Of a stretch of 64,000 nt of DNA, positions 59,640 through 64,000 are shown piece by piece (position 1 is the stretch's first letter; every line of letters begins with the position of its first letter). The position numbers and the translations under genes were made by a program. Below the pieces are notes generated by a model that was not told the origin of the DNA, did no database searches, and was given only the letters and a program-made list of their open reading frames with translations. The stretch is from an uncultured Pelagibacteraceae bacterium (GTDB lineage Bacteria > Pseudomonadota > Alphaproteobacteria > Pelagibacterales > AG-422-B15): NCBI GenBank assembly GCA_902611715.1, contig CACMAQ010000001.1, positions 26,720 to 90,719 on the forward strand. Direction: 5' to 3'.

Positions 59640-60251
59640 TTGAAAAATAATTACAAACGAATTGTAACAGGTGTTGGTGTTAGTCAATATGCTTGGCTGA
59701 CACAACCTGATACAAGATTTGATGAAGTCGGACATTATAAAACTAATCTGATTTTATCAGGTGATGATGCTGAACAATTAAAAGCTAGCATCGATGCCGA
59801 AATACAAAATAGCATTGCTCTTGCTAAAGAGAAAGCTAAAGGCAAGAACTTGAAGACCGCACCTGCGCCATACGAAGATGACGTAGACGATGAAGGTAAG
59901 CCAACAGGCTCTACTGTTTTTAAGTTTAAGACTAAGGCTCAACTCACAACCAAAGACGGGAAGATAATTCCTAACAGGGTTGCAATCTTTGATTCAAAAG
60001 GTACTCCGATGACGGATTGCAATGTTTGGTCAGGGAGTGAGATGAAGGTAAGTGCAGAACTCGTACCCTACTATACAGCTATGGTTGGGGCTGGCGTGTC
60101 TATGAGACTACGAGCAGTTCAAATAACTAAATTAGTTGAAGGAGGGAATGGTAATGCCAAAGGATACGGCTTTGGGGAAGAGGAAGGCTATGAGCAATCC
60201 TTATCTGAAGCGCCATCAGAAGAGGAGAGCCAACAAGCCTTTGACTTCTAA
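59640..60251 (+). CDS. T7 gp2.5-like single-stranded DNA-binding protein
   Basis: 203 aa with a TTG start 8 nt after AGGAG. The YAWLTQPD, TVFKFKTK and VPYY..MVGAGVSMRL blocks parallel gp2.5. The acidic tail ends in DF, as in gp2.5. Confidence 0.8.
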   Translation: MKNNYKRIVTGVGVSQYAWLTQPDTRFDEVGHYKTNLILSGDDAEQLKASIDAEIQNSIALAKEKAKGKNLKTAPAPYEDDVDDEGKPTGSTVFKFKTKAQLTTKDGKIIPNRVAIFDSKGTPMTDCNVWSGSEMKVSAELVPYYTAMVGAGVSMRLRAVQITKLVEGGNGNAKGYGFGEEEGYEQSLSEAPSEEESQQAFDF

Positions 60252-60627
60252 CGAAGTCGGCTTGAGGTATGGTTTCCGTTCTGGTTTAGAGGAACGGATT
60301 GCCAGCGAGTTAGAGACAGAGAGTGTGGAGTTTGAGTTTGAAGAGACTAAACTGCAATATGTTAAGCCACAGAAAACACACACCTACACTCCTGACTTTT
60401 ACCTACCAAAACAAAAAATATTCATAGAGACCAAAGGATTATTTACTAGCGCAGACAGACAAAAGATGCGCCTGGTAAAAGAACAACATCCAGAAAAAGA
60501 CATCAGGTTTATTTTCAACAATTCACGAGCACGCATCAGTAAGAAGTCTAAGACGACTTACGGCATGTGGTGTGAAAAGTACAAGTTTCCTTTCGCTGAT
60601 AAACACCTACCTGTGGAGTGGTTATGA
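60136..60627 (+). CDS. T7 endonuclease I-like Holliday junction resolvase
   Basis: FRSGLEERIASELE...HTYTPDFYLP...IFIETKG....DRQKMRLVKEQHPEKDIRFIF matches T7 gp3. The start is uncertain (ATG 60136, 60148, 60154 or 60190), and all of these lie inside the SSB gene. Confidence 0.85.
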   Translation: MKEGMVMPKDTALGKRKAMSNPYLKRHQKRRANKPLTSNEVGLRYGFRSGLEERIASELETESVEFEFEETKLQYVKPQKTHTYTPDFYLPKQKIFIETKGLFTSADRQKMRLVKEQHPEKDIRFIFNNSRARISKKSKTTYGMWCEKYKFPFADKHLPVEWL

Positions 60628-61055
60628 GTAATCAAAGATTAGAGACAAAGTTTATTGTCGTACATTCTTCTCAAACTACTCCAGAGGAAGATTTATCTGC
60701 AAAAGATATTGATACCCTGCATCGCAAAGATGGACTTCTACAAAACGGCTATCACAAAATTATAAAACGTGATGGCACGATTGAAGAGGGAAGAGACATA
60801 ACTCTTTGTGGTGTTCATGTTGAGGAGCTAGGCCAGGTATCAAACAGGAACTCAATCGGGGTCTGCCTAATTGGAGGCAAGAACCATAGAGGAGAGCCTG
60901 ATTGTAATTTTACTTTGGCACAGTTTAAAGGGCTTAACGAGTTACTCGTTGAGTTGCAATCTCAATATGATAAAGTCCTCGTCATCGGTCACAGAGATGT
61001 GACTGATACATCCTGCCCCAATTTTGAAATTTCAGAGTTGGGTCGGTTTGTTTGA
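60624..61055 (+). CDS. N-acetylmuramoyl-L-alanine amidase (T7 lysozyme gp3.5-like)
   Basis: FIVVHSS, GYHKIIKRDGTIEEGRD, NSIGVCLIGG, NFT.AQ and H.....CP match T7 lysozyme. ATG 60624 overlaps the endonuclease stop (ATGA). An alternative GTG lies at 60618. Confidence 0.85.
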   Translation: MSNQRLETKFIVVHSSQTTPEEDLSAKDIDTLHRKDGLLQNGYHKIIKRDGTIEEGRDITLCGVHVEELGQVSNRNSIGVCLIGGKNHRGEPDCNFTLAQFKGLNELLVELQSQYDKVLVIGHRDVTDTSCPNFEISELGRFV

Positions 61056-61058
61056 TTG

Positions 61059-61101
61059 GAGCTCAGGGTTTGGTTAGCCTCCCTGGGCTCTTTTCTTTTC
61101 T
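61059..61101 (+). terminator. Stem-loop plus T-rich tract between amidase and primase-helicase genes (terminator or RNase III-type processing site)
   Basis: GAGCTCAGGG (61059-68) pairs with CCCTGGGCTC (61081-90) as 10 bp including one G-U. TTTTCTTTTCT follows. Confidence 0.45.
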
Positions 61102-61131
61102 CAGGAATATTTCAGCACAAAATTTTTAACA

Positions 61132-62706
61132 ATGACAGAGAGTAATTTCTTATATCACACAAGTTGTGACCAATGTGGGAGTCGTGACAACGTTGCCGTC
61201 TATGACGATGGACACACATACTGCTTTGGTTGCCAACACGTCACAAGGGAGAATGAATTGACAGAGACTAAATCCACTAACACAGGTTTTATTGAGTATG
61301 ATGTTAACGAACTGACATCACGCAAGATTGATTACAATACAGTACAGAAGTTTCATTACGGAACAGGTAAATACTTTGGCAGACCATGCCAAGTAGCAAA
61401 CTATTATAACTCTGATAGAGAGTTAGTTGCACAAAAGCTGCGGTATCCTAGTAAAGAGTTTCAATGGCTAGGTGATGCCAAGCAAGCTACATTGTTTGGC
61501 CAGCAGCTTTGGGGTAGCAAAGGTAAAATGATTGTTGTCACTGAAGGTGAGATAGATGCACTCAGTGTGTCTAAACTTTGGAACAACAAGTTTCCTGTTG
61601 TGTCTGTAAAGACAGGAGCAGCAGGTGCAAAGAAGGACTTATCAAAAGAATTAGAATGGCTTGAGAATTTTGACAGTGTTGTCTTGTGTTTTGACCAAGA
61701 CGATGCAGGCAAAAAGGCGGCAGTGGAGTGTGCTAGATTGTTCTCCCCTAACAAAGCTAAGATATGTACGCTGCCGCTTAAAGATGCAAACGAAATGCTG
61801 CAACAGAATAAGTTCAAAGAACTTACTGATTGCATTTGGTCAGCCAAACCATACAGACCAGACGGGATTGTATGTGGCACTGACATTTGGAATACAATCA
61901 AAGAGGAAGATAACTATGTTTCTGTTGATTATCCGTTTGAAACATTAAACGTTAAGACACATGGCTTGCGTAAAGGAGAGTTAGTTACACTGACAGCTGG
62001 TTCAGGTGTTGGTAAAAGTTCTTTCTGCAGGCACACAGCATTACACCTATTACAAAAAGATTTTAAAGTTGGATACATCGCACTTGAAGAGAGTATCAAA
62101 CGCACCTCACTCGGCATCATGGGAGTGAGCTTACACAAACCATTACATTTAACCAGGGAAGGAGTAGACGATGACACCCTACGACACACATATAACGCTA
62201 CTGTGGGTAATGGTAACTTTTATTTGTACAATCATTTTGGTAGTACAGTTGCCGACAATCTTATTTCAAAGATACGATACTTGGCTAAGGCATGTTCAGT
62301 TGATTTTGTTATTCTTGACCATTTGCACATGGCTCTTAGTGCTCTGGGTGACGGGCATACCAACGATGAACGTAAACTAATTGACTATACAGTTTCTGTA
62401 TTAAGAACTTTAGTAGAAGAGACAGGTATAGGATTAATTCTTGTTTCACACTTGCGCAGAAGTGAGGGTGATAAAGGATTTGAAGATGGCAAGAATGTTA
62501 CCATGAATGCACTTCGTGGTTCAGCATCTATAGGCCAACTAAGTGACATGATTATTTCAATGCAAAGAGACTTGCAGGCAGAAGACAACCTTACACAAGT
62601 AAACATATTGAAGAATAGATTTACAGGTGAGACGGGGCATGCCTGTGATTTACACTTTGACATAGCCACAGGTTGTTTGAGTGAAATACAAAACAGAGAC
62701 TTCTGA
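61132..62706 (+). CDS. T7 gp4-like bifunctional primase-helicase
   Basis: 524 aa with an N-terminal Cys4 zinc finger (CDQCGS...CFGC), a TOPRIM region (VTEGEIDALS, FDQDDAG), Walker A GSGVGKSSF and Walker B VILDH. Confidence 0.9.
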   Translation: MTESNFLYHTSCDQCGSRDNVAVYDDGHTYCFGCQHVTRENELTETKSTNTGFIEYDVNELTSRKIDYNTVQKFHYGTGKYFGRPCQVANYYNSDRELVAQKLRYPSKEFQWLGDAKQATLFGQQLWGSKGKMIVVTEGEIDALSVSKLWNNKFPVVSVKTGAAGAKKDLSKELEWLENFDSVVLCFDQDDAGKKAAVECARLFSPNKAKICTLPLKDANEMLQQNKFKELTDCIWSAKPYRPDGIVCGTDIWNTIKEEDNYVSVDYPFETLNVKTHGLRKGELVTLTAGSGVGKSSFCRHTALHLLQKDFKVGYIALEESIKRTSLGIMGVSLHKPLHLTREGVDDDTLRHTYNATVGNGNFYLYNHFGSTVADNLISKIRYLAKACSVDFVILDHLHMALSALGDGHTNDERKLIDYTVSVLRTLVEETGIGLILVSHLRRSEGDKGFEDGKNVTMNALRGSASIGQLSDMIISMQRDLQAEDNLTQVNILKNRFTGETGHACDLHFDIATGCLSEIQNRDF

Positions 62707-62896
62707 GTCATTGGAATGGACAGCTATTGTTTTGGAAGCATTAGCTGCTGCCGTCAAACACCCACACAAAACTATTACAATCGATGTAGCCACTGAAGAC
62801 AGTTATGAACTTATTGATAACGCAGTCTTCGCACTTATTGCTGAAGGCAATGAAGCTGCCTGGCGCATTCGTATTCAGAAACACACATTACATTAG
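62681..62896 (+). CDS. Small phage hypothetical protein
   Basis: The ORF lies just after gp4. The start is uncertain: ATG 62681 lies inside gp4, and TTG 62711 is a non-overlapping alternative. No recognisable motifs. Confidence 0.35.
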   Translation: MKYKTETSESLEWTAIVLEALAAAVKHPHKTITIDVATEDSYELIDNAVFALIAEGNEAAWRIRIQKHTLH

Positions 62897-62903
62897 GAGT
62901 AAA

Positions 62904-63242
62904 ATGAAAAAAGTAAAACTACCAGACACTATCAATGTGTCTTATCACACGCTCAAGATTACAATGCTTGACCCTACAGTAGCCCTGGAAGTTGGAGACC
63001 AACAAGGCAGCTATGATGCAAGAGGTCAGAATATATTTCTTGATAGTGCAATCATAGAGGAGGGTGGTGCAAGAGCTGTATCACTTGTGTTGCACGAAAC
63101 GTATCATGCGTGTTGGTACATATTTAATTTAGACAAAGCAGAAGAAGAGCGAGCTGTAGATAGCTTCGCAAACTTCACAACAGAATTATTAATACGAAAC
63201 GTACAACTTAGGAATTGGATTAATCAAGAGTTATGCGATTAG
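62904..63242 (+). CDS. Small phage protein with HExxH motif (possible mini zinc-metallopeptidase)
   Basis: 112 aa from ATG 62904, preceded by AGGAG. It contains LVLHETYHACWY. It overlaps the DNAP start by 10 nt. Confidence 0.5.
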   Translation: MKKVKLPDTINVSYHTLKITMLDPTVALEVGDQQGSYDARGQNIFLDSAIIEEGGARAVSLVLHETYHACWYIFNLDKAEEERAVDSFANFTTELLIRNVQLRNWINQELCD

Positions 63243-64000
63243 TATTTGATATTGAGACTGATGGTTTGTTACCAGATGTCACTAAGGTGCATTGCATTGT
63301 ACTTAAAGACCTCGACACAAATGAGGTAATCACACCTAAAATTAAAAAAGCAATGCAGCTATTAGGTGAAGCTGAACTTATCATTGGTCACAATGTTATT
63401 AAGTATGACATACCTGTACTGCAAAAACTGTATGGGTTTTATACAGAAGCAAAAATCTTTGACACTATTGTTGCTGCGCGTTTGATGTATCCTGACATCA
63501 AAGACAGAGACTTTCGCAAAAAAGATTTTCCTAAAAATATGATAGGCCGACATAGCCTGGAGGCATGGGGTCATCGTATTGGTAATTATAAATCTTCAAT
63601 CATTACTGATTGGAAAGAATTTACCCAGGAGATGTTAGACTACTGCATCCAGGATGTAGAAGTTACTGCAACTCTTTACAACATCCTCACACAATCAGTG
63701 CAATCAGACGCTCTAGATTTAGAACACAAAGTTGCACAGATAATTCACAAACAAGAACAGCATGGTTTTTCTTTTGACAAAACTGCTGCTGAAAAATTAT
63801 TCACAACACTCAACACAAGACGCTTAGAGCTTGAGAGTGAGCTGCAGAATATATTCCCACCCATTGTTGAACGAACAAAATTCATACCAAAAGTTAATAA
63901 TAAATCTAGGGGCTATGTAAAAGGTGTGCCTTACATGAAATGCAAGAAGGTTGCTTTCAATCCTTCTAGTCGTATGCACATAGCGCAAAGGCTCAAAGAT
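63233..64000 (+). CDS. T7 gp5-like DNA polymerase (family A), 3'-partial at window end
   Basis: The frame is open from ATG 63233 to the window end (translated by hand), so the gene is absent from the ORF track. MRLVFDIETDGL is Exo I, GHNVIKYDIPVL is Exo II and YCIQDVEV is Exo III. Confidence 0.9.
   Translation, partial: MRLVFDIETDGLLPDVTKVHCIVLKDLDTNEVITPKIKKAMQLLGEAELIIGHNVIKYDIPVLQKLYGFYTEAKIFDTIVAARLMYPDIKDRDFRKKDFPKNMIGRHSLEAWGHRIGNYKSSIITDWKEFTQEMLDYCIQDVEVTATLYNILTQSVQSDALDLEHKVAQIIHKQEQHGFSFDKTAAEKLFTTLNTRRLELESELQNIFPPIVERTKFIPKVNNKSRGYVKGVPYMKCKKVAFNPSSRMHIAQRLKD

Larger units (their letters stand above)
56956..64000 (+). mobile_element. Left end of a T7-like (Autographiviridae-type) prophage integrated at tRNA-Thr; right part beyond window
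   Basis: A truncated tRNA sits at the junction and AT-richness drops abruptly there. The gene order is colinear with T7 genes 1, 2.5, 3, 3.5, 4 and 5. Confidence 0.7.

Noticed and set aside
61461-61901. 146-aa antisense ORF inside the primase-helicase gene
   Set aside because: It is long, but it is entirely opposite the well-supported gp4-like gene. The protein is S/L/F-rich with no motifs.
56951-64000. Integrase, repressor or excisionase at the visible prophage end, and IS/transposase genes elsewhere in the window
   Set aside because: I looked for tyrosine/serine recombinase or HTH-repressor-like ORFs and found none in the window. Their absence here is compatible with attP lying between int and the RNAP gene, so it is not evidence against a prophage.

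Overview
This is a very AT-rich (about 30% GC from hand counts of a few lines), extremely gene-dense chromosome segment. It looks like a streamlined marine alphaproteobacterium. The lineage hints are split purS/purQ/purL, a DUF1476 zeta-type ATPase inhibitor, DUF374 between msbA and waaA, plant-type gshA, class II DAHP synthase and a proteorhodopsin. That makes it SAR11/Pelagibacterales-like, but the taxon cannot be proven from this window.

Positions 1-56950 are mostly housekeeping genes:
- a lipid A/Kdo cluster (lpxL-like, lpxK, waaA, DUF374, msbA)
- pmbA, ubiA, rsmE, gshA, an MscS channel, and rpoZ with a long acidic tail
- two tandem pairs of acyl-CoA dehydrogenases plus an MFE-2-like SDR and a crotonase
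- glmU-glmS
- a signal-peptide-bearing DhlA-like dehalogenase
- the zero-spacer run nadE-gltX-cysS-cimA
- rpsD, purL-purQ-purS-purC, purB, map, sfsA, nadK, glpK and an NAD-dependent formate dehydrogenase

Three loci stand out in this part:
- a cobalamin riboswitch (about 18580-18735) controlling a TonB-dependent receptor plus a small 6-TM permease
- a blue-tuned (Q105) proteorhodopsin followed by a strong terminator and tRNA-Leu(UAA)
- a barrel-only inverse-autotransporter (intimin/invasin-type) beta-domain protein, translationally coupled to an unrecognisable secreted Cys-containing protein

The main finding is at the right end. At 56956-57005 only the 3' ~50 nt of a tRNA-Thr(UGU) is present. 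Directly after it the sequence becomes less AT-rich and encodes a T7-colinear early/replication module: single-subunit RNAP, gp2.5-type SSB, endonuclease I, amidase/lysozyme, primase-helicase, two small ORFs (one with HExxH) and DNA polymerase, which is cut by the window end. The best reading is one junction of an integrated T7-like (pelagiphage/P-SSP7-style) prophage. Its integrase, structural genes and the intact tRNA should lie beyond the window. A chimeric assembly through the shared att core is the main alternative.
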